Shown here: piece by piece, positions 52,696 to 64,000 of the stretch
Numbering within the stretch: the stretch's first letter is position 1
Layout: each line of letters starts with the position of its first letter
Origin: Owenia fusiformis
Lineage: Eukaryota
Assembly: GCA_903813345.2 (NCBI GenBank)
Contig: CAIIXF020000001.1
Span: forward strand, 19,778,001-19,842,000
Direction of reading: 5' to 3'
DNA length: 64,000 nt
Made by a program: the position numbers and the translations under genes
The notes under the pieces: model-generated
Told to the model about the DNA's origin: nothing
The model's input: the letters and a program-made list of their open reading frames with translations, nothing else
Database searches by the model: none

Positions 52696-53881
52696 GTTAT
52701 TTCATGGGAATGAATAAATGAACGTTCATGTCGAACTTATACTACGTCTTGGTGTATTTTGGCTTAATAATACAGTACAACCCAATCGTGGCCAAACGAT
52801 AGGATTCCAATTCTGTCGTTTTTATCATGTTTCGAGGTATGCGAAAATGATGTTAAGCGCATCAGTGCGTATACTAGCCTCGACTAGGTCAACGGTCAAG
52901 CGCATGACAATCTTACGTTAATTAATGCAGCTCACGTTTTAATTAGTTTAACATTTATATTTCTGGTTTAAGTATGTATAGAAATGCACGTCAACAAATT
53001 CATCACGTTCAAGAAAGTAGGCCCATCGTCAGGTCCATGTACAGCAAAGAAGAAAGTATAGAATTGTTGTCTACTGACGAAGATAACTTTTTATTTATTT
53101 ATTTAGTTTTTTAGTTATTTTCGTCTCAAGACTGATTGTGATAAATGTACATTTAAATAACATGATTACTAAAACACTGTCCCAGCCAGTGAGGCTTATG
53201 AGAGACGTTAACTAACAGATATCATCAAATACAGCTATATCGTATAAAAATGCAATAAAATAGATTTTCGAAACTACTTTGACTCTATGAGTATCGTTCA
53301 TCTCCCCTAAATTGATACATTAAAATACTTTTTTGGAGGCAGTCAATTGATTCATGCAATTAATTTGCCCATTATGTATGAATACATCGTATGATACCTT
53401 GGAAATAAATTCACACAGTGTAACTCCTTTTAGTTCTAAAGCTATAGAATTTTGTCCTATGATGCACGCCGTTCGCGTTGACTCCTATCGAGTCATTCCT
53501 AGTTCAAGGAGGTCCCAATGAGAGTTAACATGTTTATTATTAGCATGGAGTTAGTCCAGAGATATGAGTTGAATTTTATCCCAAATTTTATCTGCCACTC
53601 TTAAACCTGCACTATTCTTTCCGTCAGATGATGGATCAAGATGTAACTTCATATTCAGGTAAGGAGTGTGGAAGGGTGGATTTCACCCCCTCCTTGTTGT
53701 CACATATTGCAAAATATTTTCTACCAGGTCACTTAAAAGATCCGAGATCACTAAAGAAATATTTTCAATGAAACATTTTGCAAGGGTCAAGTTGGCAAAA
53801 CATCAATTTCAATCTGTAGAGTCAAGTTGTCACCTTGACAACCACATAAGGAATGACTTTGGATGTGGTGATTGGTTATAT

Positions 53882-54084
53882 CAGGCCCGTAGCCAGGGAG
53901 GAGTTCGATTGTTCGAACCCCCACCCCCGACCAAAAATTATTTCACATCATGCAGTTTTTCTTCATTATGAGCACATTTTAGATGATTTTGGCCATTTTT
54001 GGACCAAAATTATCAAAAATGACCCCCCCCCCTGGAAATTTTCAAAAAGTGAACCTCCCTTAGCAAATCCTGGCTACAGGTCTG
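53882..54084. mobile_element. Short GC-rich MITE
   Basis: TIR CAGGCCCGTAGCCAGG / CCTGGCTACAGGTCTG. Confidence 0.65.
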
Positions 54085-56854
54085 TAATATATATACACTG
54101 CAGTTATGACTTTTTAAAATCCCGTTTATGATATATCTGGAAAGTGCTCAATTTCAATAATCAAATTGAAGTAATTCTGTATTTGTTCTGTTTCAATTTT
54201 AAATGCATCTGACCCCCCTGTCTGTTAGTGTTATGAAGAAAACGTTAAGGTTATTAGAAAGTTAAATGACTTCCTAAACGAATACCCAAAAATCAAACAT
54301 GAAATCCTTAATGTATTCCTAAGATTATTTTTTTAAAGCCTACATCATGGTCTTTGCTTCAAATCGGTTAAATAGTTACACCGTACATTTAAAGTGTACT
54401 ACGGTATATTTTGTCACGGTACCTTGTCGATGGTTAGGGGTGATGTTATGTGGAGTAAAGGCTAAGAAAAACACCGAATGCTGCGACAACCATCTAAAGC
54501 TTTTGTTCTTGATTTCAACATGTTGCATATGAAAAACATTATCTGGGTGAACTAACACTTAAAAAATAGAATTACAATTTCTTGTCATCTATGATGAATT
54601 GACCGTGGCTATTGGGGTTTTATTACCACATTATAAGCTAGAACGTGTCAGCCCCTCCTTAAATTACGCATGACCGTACTCGAGATGAAATCAACTCCGG
54701 CCAGACTTAATTCGCAGTTACTTATTTTAAGAAAATATGACCTGGAACTGATCTACTTATACCAAATTTAAATAATTATATAAAGCGAAAGTGTAATAGT
54801 CTTGCTTCAAGACTGTGTGCCCCCGTACTTCACTTTGGAAAGGGGGGACAAGATCTTGAGGCAAGACTAAGTGTAAGTATGTACACGCGTCTATCCCACC
54901 TTTAATCAGACACACTTGATGTGTCTGGTCAATGTCCCCTAGACAGCCCGTCATTTTGTTTGCATTGATTAATCTTGTTTTAGCTAAAATATCATATTTT
55001 GTCAATCTAATCTTCTGTCTGTGTATGACACCAGTGTATGAAACGTGTATTTTCTGGCTCGGGGTGACCGGTTTTTCTACCGACAGGGGGTCACTGAACG
55101 TTCACATTCCGCTAATTTAAGGTGTCTTTAAGGTTGTCAAGTGCTTTACAATTATTCATGTCGTGGTATTCAGTATTTACAGAATTCATACTGATATGTA
55201 AACTTGCGCTATCACTTTTTATAATCTTGAAAAAATTGCTAAATACAAATAAATTCATTTTGTCGAACACCATTACTGCTGCATTTTACACTAGCTGTGG
55301 GATAGCCAGAAATAGGGGAACGAGGGGCATACTTTTTAAAAATAACCTGTTTCATTCATACATTACTTTATGCTGGATTGTGTAGTTTCTACCATTAAAG
55401 TGCTAAATATAAACCAAGGTTAAGATTTTGCATTATATTCTCATCCACCCTCTGTTGTCAACAAGACTGGAATTCAGATGTTTGAACTTTTTGTTGAATA
55501 CGCTACAAGTTAAACATCACACTTGAGGAGCAAATCAGAAAACATGCCACCAACTCATCGGCAGGTGTTCACTACAAAGGGTAATTTACACAGAAGTCCG
55601 TAGAGCATTTGCCAACGAAGGATGTCCACTAGAAACTGGTGTTCACATGAAACAGGTGTTCACTAGAAAGGTGTTCATTGAGACAGGTTTTACTGTAGCA
55701 TTTTCAAATGTAATAAAATTAACTATTCATGTTTGAAGCAATAATGAATGAATGGAATGAATTTGTTTCTGGGAAACTTTATTGTTTTTCCCATATCGTA
55801 CATGACACATTACATTATATATAAATACTATAGCCAGATATCAAATTGGCTTTACAATTATGCTGTACTAAGGCTTAGTCCAGTCCAGCAAAATGAGACC
55901 GGCTGCAAGTTTATGCCAGGAATGTCAAGTCACCCCTAGTATTCAGTTTGTCTTTACAAGCTCTAGGGAGAACCTGACCATTTCTAGCATAAACTCAAAC
56001 CAGAGACAAAATGTCAAGTTGTCATAATACAGTAATAGTATACTTTATGCAACCTGTACACTGTGGAATCCTAAATAAAAATAATATGAAGCAAATTCTG
56101 CTGAACATCTAAATTAGCTCGCTATGCTACTGATTGTGGTCATTAGCCCTACAGATAAGGCAGTACAAGTTCAAAGGTAAAGTCCAAGGTGAACTACCGA
56201 ATGCAAAAATTATGAAGATCACTTGCATTTTGATATTTTGATTATTCAAGCTATGTACATATAAAATTGTACTTCATCTTGAACTTTCCCTTCAAATTAA
56301 AAGTAATAGAATAAATTGTGGAATTTCTTTGATTAATGTGAATAGAAAGTAGGCTCTTCCAACGAGATGCCTTTTAAACTTAATTTTTCAAGCATTGTAT
56401 ATAAACTACATGTACATTTAAACCAAAATGACTATAATGATATACCCTTTACATATATATTATCGTTTTTGTCAGTTTTTCCTTTTTTGACTTTTTGTTT
56501 ACCTTGCCTTTCTACAAGTGTTTTCTTGTAATATTTTTATTTTTGTTTTTCAAATTTCTTGCTATTTTTTATTCAATTTATATGAGAAAATAAATCTTAT
56601 AAACTTGACAAAGGAATGATAATATTATTTTCTCGTATAAACTTTTTTTGTTTATTTTTATAACTATTTTGCTATTAAAGAAATGTACAGTACATAAAAT
56701 GTTTACAATCATTTTTGTAACTAAAACTGAACTCATATGAACTTTTAACAAAAAATAGAGAAAACGATGTGTCCCTCATCGTACAAGACCATTTGTTCAA
56801 AGTTTATAATTATCTTACATTAATAAATAGAAAATTGCCTAAGTTTCGCCAATG

Positions 56855-58248
56855 TCATCTTGGGGGTATATGCTGTTGTGGATATTCCCGATATTGAGAT
56901 GGCTGGCTTGAATCATTCAAATCATAATCTTCAAATGATGAAAGACTTGACAGTCCCAGAGAGTTCATGGGGTCGATTGTATCGAGATGTTCGTGCATGC
57001 CTGGCCTAGGATGCTGACCATACTGTGACGCATGTTTGCCATTGGAATCATTTCGCTGGTCATAATGTGATGTGTTATTGCGCGGCTGTTTATGTGGTGA
57101 GGTAAAGGACTGAGGAGGTGCCGACATTTCAGGGCTACTCAGGGGGCGTTTCCTGGATGAGTGATACTTATCGGAAGATCCAGGTGGTTGCCTATAGGGG
57201 TCGTTGCTGGGATGGTGGGTGGGATGATGACCTGGGTGGCCTTGAGCATGAGGTGCGCCATCCCGTCTAGATTCTTGTTTCAATTTGCTGAAATGTTTAT
57301 CTGAGTGTACGCTGTAATCCAATGACGAGGGAGGTCCAGCATGAGGTTGAGTGTTGCCAGCAGTGTATCCACTACTCCTGTGTGCCCCAGGGTGCCTGTG
57401 AGGCTCTGGGCCTCCAGGCAACCTACCCTGACTGCTGTGCCAGGAGCTCGACGAACCTGGTGGACGATGATGCTCAGACTTCACTTTGTCACGACTGAAA
57501 TCTGAGTGTCGACTTTTCACTTGGTCTGATCTACGGTTATCTGCGGAATGGTACGATTCTTTCGCGGCTCTTAATTGGTCAGGATGGGCCTCTTGTTTAG
57601 CTTTGGATAGATCAGGGTATTCAGTTTTTAGTTTAATTTTTGGATACGGAGATGCATTCTTGCTACCAGAATGTTCAGATTTCTTCGAACCATCCTCTCG
57701 TTTAACTCTATTTAGGTCGGGATATTCATTTTTAATTTTAATCTTTGGGTAGGATGGTGGAGAGTCTGGCAACTCGCCTGGTTCAAGCTTCTTACGAGAT
57801 GGGTCCAGTTTTAATACTAGCTTTTCAGTTGATTTTGCATTTTCAGGAGTTAATTCTTTTTGTTTACTGCTACTAGAACCTTCAAAATGTGAACTGTCCC
57901 TTGATTTTTCCCTTTTCATTTTACTGCTTTCAGAGTGTGAATTATTGCGCTCTTCCTTTTTTATTTTCAATTTTAGTCCTTCATGCTCACGTGAATTCAC
58001 CTTGCCTTCAGAGGTTTCACCTGGAACTTTATATTGGTCAAATATATTGTCATGTTCAGTTTTACTGGTCGCACTACTCTTTGAAGGGGTCGTTTTATCA
58101 GGTAACATTCCCTTCTCTTTAAGTTCTTTGTATTCCTTGTAGTTTTTAGGGGTAAGGTTAGAATCAGATTTGACACGCTTCATTGACTCCTGTGAAGATG
58201 CTGGTGTGCTTGAACGGGACTTGTTAGAGGATGGTGCAGTAGGGGTGC
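56855..58248 (-). CDS. Large terminal coding exon of a nuclear low-complexity protein, possibly the cyclin T C-terminal region; upstream exons lie outside the window
   Basis: 1.4-kb open, GC-elevated frame after acceptor tttcag (phase 1). S/K/H/P-rich, with YKEYKELKEK, LKLKIKKE, LEPGEL and a His-rich tract; AT-rich 3'UTR follows. The coding call is strong; the cyclin T identity is tentative. Confidence 0.75.
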
Positions 58249-58564
58249 CTGAAACACAACAGGACAAGCATTTTAAAAAAATTCCTTGTCGAGTACAAAA
58301 GAAAAAAATGACAGATTCAAAAGGAATTAATCAAATTGATGCTCATTCAATTTATCTCCATTTAAAATAAAAACACAATTTGGAGCCAACTTTAATTGAT
58401 GCGATTTATAGATAAGATGTGTACTCTCCATATGTGGAGGTAATACCGACACATAAATCACAGACAATCTTTTGGATCGGGTTAGAACAACTTTGTCATT
58501 ATTTTTGTCTGTATTTTTATTTACATTTGTCTATTTTCATAGGCGAGTTAGTAAAGAAATCATG

Positions 58565-61500
58565 TATAACTAGATTTGTGAAATTGAACAAGTTCAATTT
58601 AAGACTCCAGATTTATTTTACCTAGATAGATCAGTAAAGAGCTGAGTAAGTAACTGAGTAATTAGCTGAGTAAGTACCTTAGTAGTAGTTGAGTAAGTAG
58701 CTGAGTAAGTAACTGAGTAAAAAGCTGAGTAGGTAGCTGAGTAAGTAGCTGAGTAAGTACCTGAGTGAGTAGCTGAGTAAGTTGCTAAGTAAGTAATAAC
58801 TAATTAAGTAATTGAGTAAGTAGTCAAATAAGTAGCTGAGTAGGTAGAGAGGTAAAGTAGGGTATGCAGGAATTTTTGAAAGTATATTTGATCAATCTGC
58901 ATCGTGAATACTGGCAAGTGCGAATTTCAAACTTCAAAATGGCGTAGAATCTAAACCGGGGGTCGGATTGCAATTTTTGCTACAAGTATACAAAATTTCG
59001 GAGAATATCATTGAAGTGTAGTGTCAGAATCGCAAAATAAGAAAAAACTATGAATTTGACCTAGATTTTTTAAACTAGGTATTTTGGTGTCCAAACTTTG
59101 AAGGAAAGTAGCTTTTGAGGTCCCCTTCTTCTATGGGCTTTCATTATGTTTAGCTGTACTCATTCTATATCTCGTATTTTTACACTTCAAAAAATTATTC
59201 GGTCCCATTGATTTAACATGGGGCACCAAATTTAGCGATTTTTGAGATCTCAAAACGCCATAACTTCAGAACAAGTAGTCGGATCGAAATTTGGTTTGCA
59301 GATCTAGATTTCTGAGAAAATTCTACCCTTAATTCATAACTCATACGTTAATTTTGGAAAACTTTTTACTTTGGCCTACTTTTTGGACACCATATCTCAA
59401 AAGTGGGTCAAAATACTTTCTGACGGCAAAACGCTAACACTATTAGCATACTCTTTGCTACCTGTATACAAAATTTTAAAGCAAATCATTTAAATATAGT
59501 GTCAGAATCGCAAAAATAAGGGAAAACTATAAATTTGACCTAGATTTTGACCTAGGCATTTTGGTGTCCAAATTTTGGAGCTAAGTAGCCTTAGAGGTCC
59601 CCTTCTTTAATAGGCTTTCATTAAATTAAGCTGTACTCAGTCTATATCTTGTATTTTACACTTTAAAAAAATCTTTTTTCCCAATGCCATAACATAGGCA
59701 CCAAATTTAGCGATTTTTGAGCTATCAAAACGACATAAATTCCAAACCAAAAGCCGGATTGAAATTTGGTTTGCAGATTTGGATTCCTGAGAAAATTCTA
59801 CCCTTAATTCATAACTCATACGTTAAATTTGGAGAACTTTTTAGTTTGACCTACTTTTCGGACACCATATCTCAAAAGTGGGTCAAAATACTTCCTGACG
59901 GCAAAAGGCTAACACTATTAGCACACTCTTGGCTACATGTACACAAATTTTCGAAGAATATAATTAATCTGTAGTGTCAGAATCGCAAAAATAAGGAAAA
60001 ACTTTGAATTTGACCTAGATTTTGACCTAGGCATTTTGGTGTCCAAATTTTTATGAAAAGAAGGTCTTGTGGTCCCTTTCTTTTATGGGCTTCCATTATG
60101 TTTAGCTGTGCTTAGTCTATATCTCGTATTTTACACTTCAAAAAAATATTTTTTCCCATTGAATTAACATGGGGCACCAAATTTAGCGATTTTTGAATTT
60201 TCAAAACGCCATAACTTCTGAACCGGTAGTCAGATCGAAATTTGGTTTTCATATTCGGAATCCTGAGAAAATTTCCCATAAGACTGATATCCTGGACATT
60301 GGATTCGGTGAAATTTTTTTTGAACCTCGTTTTCGGACACTGATATCTCGAAATCGGTTTGAGATACCAAAAAACTAAATCGACCCTAGGTTTTCTACTT
60401 TTTTATGAGGAACACAATGAGAAAAACCAGGATCAAAAATATTGAAGGACGACTGAGATAATGGGAAAAAGTGACAAAGTACTGGATTTGACCTAGTTCT
60501 TGACCTTTGACCTAGATAAAAATTTGACCTCATTTCCCAGAAAGCCAGATACATTCCCTAGTTAATCATGTAAGCAGCTTAAAGTAAGCTCTTCTAGTTG
60601 GTGAGAAATCTGGGAAGGAGGAAGAAGAAGAATAATAATAATAACTAGACATGTAAATTGAACAAGTTCAATTTAAGACTCCAGATTTCAAACTTTTTTT
60701 AAGGTGAGTCATCCGAAAAACTGTAAGCTGAGTCATGCAGAATAAGCTGAGTCAGCTAGAATATAGACATTTAGACGATGTTATCTTCGACTCCATTGGC
60801 TTAACATGGGGATATCATCATATCGACTTTTCGAGACTTCAAACCGCTATAACTTTCTAATCAGAAGTTGGATCGAAATTTGGTTTAAAGATTCTGATTC
60901 CTGAGAAAATTCTACCCTTAATTCATAACTCATACGTTAAATTTGGAGAACTTTTTATTTTGACCTACTTTTCAGACACCATATCTCAAAAGTGGGTCAA
61001 AATACTTTCTGACGGCAGAAGGCTAACACTATAAGCCCACTCTTTGCTACCTGTATACAAAACTTCGAAGCAAATCATTAAAGTGTAATGTCAGAATCGC
61101 AAAAATAAGGAAAAACTACGAATTTGACCTAGATTTTGACCTAGGCATTTTGGTGTCCAAATTTTAAAGCTAGATAGCCTTCGAGGTCTCCTTCTTTTAT
61201 AGGCTTTCAGAATGTTAAGCTGTACTCAGTTTATATCTGGTATTTTACACTTCAAAAAAATATTTTTTCTCATTGACATAACATAGGGCACCAAATTTAG
61301 CGATTTTTGAGCTTTCAAAACGCCATAACTTCCGAACCGAAAGTCGGATTGAAATTTGGTTTACACATTCGGATTCCTGGGAAAATTCTACCTTTAATTC
61401 ATGGCTCACATGTTAAATTTGGAGAACTTTTTATTTTGACCTACTTTTCGGACACCATATCTCAAAAGTGGGTCAAAATACTTTCTGGCGGCAAAAGGCT

Positions 61501-64000
61501 AACACTATTAGCACACTCTTTGCTACCTGTATACAAAATTTTGAAGTAAATTATTAAAGTGTAGTGTCAGAATCGCAAAAATAAGGAAAAACTATGAATT
61601 TGACCTAGATTTTGACCTAGGCATTTTGGTGTCCAAATTTTGATGCTAGGTAGCTTTTGAGGTCCCCTTCTTGTGCAGGCATTCATTATGCTAAGCTATA
61701 CGCAGTCTATATCTCGTATTTTACACTTCAAAAAAATATTTTTTCCCATTGACTTAACATTGGACACAAATTTCGTGATTTTTGAGCTTTCAAAACGCCA
61801 TAACTTTCGAACCGGAAGTCGGATTGAAATTTGGTTTGCAGATTCGGATTCCTGAGAAAATTCTACCCTTAATTCATAACTCATAAGTTAAATTATGAGA
61901 AATTTTTATTTTGACCTACTTTACGGACACCATATCTCAAAAGTGGGTCAAAATACTTTCTGACGGCAAAAGGCTCTCACTATTAGCACACTCTTTGCTA
62001 CCTGTATACAAAATTTTGAAGCAAATCCTAAAAGTGTAGTGCCAGATTCGCAAAAATAAGGAAAAACTATGAATTTGACCTAGATTTTGACCTAGGCATT
62101 TTGGTGTCCAAATTTTGAAGCTAGGTAGCTTTTGAGGTCCCCTTCTTTTATGGGCATTCATTATGTTAAGCTGTGCTCAGTCTATATCTTGTATTTTACA
62201 CTTCGAAAAAGTCTTTTTTCCCATTGGCTTTACATGGGCACCAAATTTAGCAATTTCAAAACGCTTTAGCTTCCGAACCGGAAGTCAGATCGAAATTTGG
62301 TTTGCAGATTTAGATTCCTGAGGAAATTTTACACTTATTTCATAACTCATACGTTGAATTTGGAGAACTTTTTCGTTCGACCTACTTTCCGGACGCAATA
62401 TCTCAAAATCGGTAAAAGTAATCAAAAAATTGATTACTCACCGTCGAATCGTCTTTTTCTTGGCTACACGTTGAAAAAAAACTTTTGAAAAAATATTGAA
62501 AAATGACAGAGATAATTGACAAAATGATAATTTGACCTAGATTTTGACCTTTGACCTAGATAAAAATTTGACCTAATTTCCCAGAAACTAGGTCTCATTA
62601 CCTATTTAACCATGTAAGCAGATTTCAGAAAGTCCCTCTAGTTGCTGAGAAAACGCGCAAAGAAAGAATAACTAGACATGTAAATTGAACAAGTTCAATT
62701 TAAGACTCCAGATTTAAGACTTGTTTTAAGCTGAGTCATCCAATTACTTGTAAGCTGAGTCATTCACTATAAGCTGAGTCAGCTAGAATATAGACATTTA
62801 GACAACTCTTAAGAATGTTATCTTCGACTCCATATGCATGACATGGGGATATCATCATATCGACTTTTCGAGACTTCAAACCGCTATAACTATCTAACCA
62901 GAAGTTTGATCAAAAATTGGTTTGCAGATTCGGATTCCTGAAAAAATTCTACTCTTAATTCATAACTCATATGTAAAATTTGGAGAATTTTTTATTTTTA
63001 CCTACTTTTCGGACACCATATCTCAAAAGTGGGTCAAAATACTCTCTGACGGCAAAAGGCTAACACTATTAGCCCACTCTTTGCTACCTGTATACAAAAT
63101 TTTGAAGCAAATCCTAAAAGTGTAGTGCCAGAATCGCAAAAATAAGGAAAAACTATGTATTTGACCTAGATTTTGACCTAGGGATTTTGGTGTCCAAATT
63201 TTAAAGCTAGATAGCCTTCGAGGTCCCCTTCTTTTATAGACTTTCAGAATCTTAAGCTGTACTCAGTCTTTATCTGGTATTATACACTTCAAAAAAATCT
63301 TTTTTCTCATTGACATAACATGGGGCACCAAAATTAGCGATTTTTGAGCTTTCAAAACGCCATAACTTCCCAACGAACAGTCGGATTGAAATTTGGTTTG
63401 CAGATTCGGATTCCTGAGAAAATTCTACCCTTAATTCATAACTCATAAGTTAAATTATGAGAAATTTTTATTTAGACCTACTTTACGGACACCATATCTC
63501 AAAAGTGGGTCAAAGTACTTCCTGACGGCAAAAGGCTAACACTATTAGCACACTCTTTGCTACCTGTATACAAAATTTTGAAGCAAATCCTAAAAGTGTA
63601 GTGCCAGAATCGCAAAAATAAGGAAAAACTATGAATTTGACCTAGATTTTGACCTAGGCATTTTGGTGTCCAAATTTTGAAGCTAGGTAGCTTTTGAGGT
63701 CCCCTTCTTTTATGGACATTCATTATGTTAAGCTGTGCTCAGTCTATATCTTGTATTTTACACTTCGAAAAAGTCTTTTTTCCCATTGGCTTTACATGGG
63801 CACCAAATTTAGCAATTTCAAAACGCTATAGCTTCCGAACCGGAAGTCAGATTGAAATTTGGTTTGCAGATTTGGATTCCTGAGGAAATTTTACACTTAT
63901 TTCATAACTCATACGTTGAATTCGGAGAACTTTTTCGTTTGACCTACTTTCCGGACGCAATATCTCAAAATTGGTAAAAGTAATCAAAAATTGATTACTC
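58565..64000. repeat. Tandem ~2.05-kb Helentron/HINE-like units containing ~476-bp core repeats (intronic)
   Basis: Head AACTAGA...AAATTGAAC-AA-GTTCAATTT hairpin at ~58567, ~60644 and ~62670; marker cagaatcgcaaaa recurs at 475-478-bp spacing; TGACCT-rich motifs. Confidence 0.85.
58640..58845. repeat. 12-bp minisatellite (AGCTGAGTAAGT)n
   Basis: Directly visible; shorter AGCTGAGTCA versions recur at ~60705-60755 and ~62730-62780. Confidence 0.9.

Noticed and set aside
53075-53125. Hairpin GACGAAGATAACT...AGTTATTTTCGTC upstream of globin 4
   Set aside because: Single occurrence around a T-rich microsatellite; not seen in the other paralogs; no further support.
59637-63723. Repeated 60-85 aa ORFs
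   Set aside because: Products of the 476-bp tandem repeat, with no consistent frame between copies.

Overview
AT-rich, repeat-dense eukaryotic (invertebrate, annelid-like) DNA. The main content is a tandem cluster of four apparently intact secreted globin genes on the minus strand (about 22.5-52.7 kb). Each has a TATA box, a non-coding 5' exon and three coding exons split at the canonical globin intron positions B12.2 and G7.0. The proteins resemble annelid extracellular haemoglobin chains: signal peptide, N-terminal and H-helix Cys pair, CD1 Phe, E7 and F8 His. All four carry Cys at E8. Two paralogs (3 and 4) also replace the conserved B6 Gly with Cys, at the point where the B and E helices cross, which suggests a possible B6-E8 disulfide. 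Their 3' UTRs share hairpin blocks. The window also holds the large terminal exon of a cyclin-T-like, low-complexity nuclear protein (56.9-58.2 kb) and a weakly supported spliced orphan transcript (4.5-7.5 kb). A 9.3-kb foldback element is built from inverted ~90-bp satellite arrays and carries nested insertions. There are many non-autonomous DNA transposons (hAT-, Mutator-, Harbinger-, Tc1/mariner-, Transib- and Helentron-like). Family assignments come from reading termini, target-site duplications (TSDs) and motifs by eye, not from database searches.
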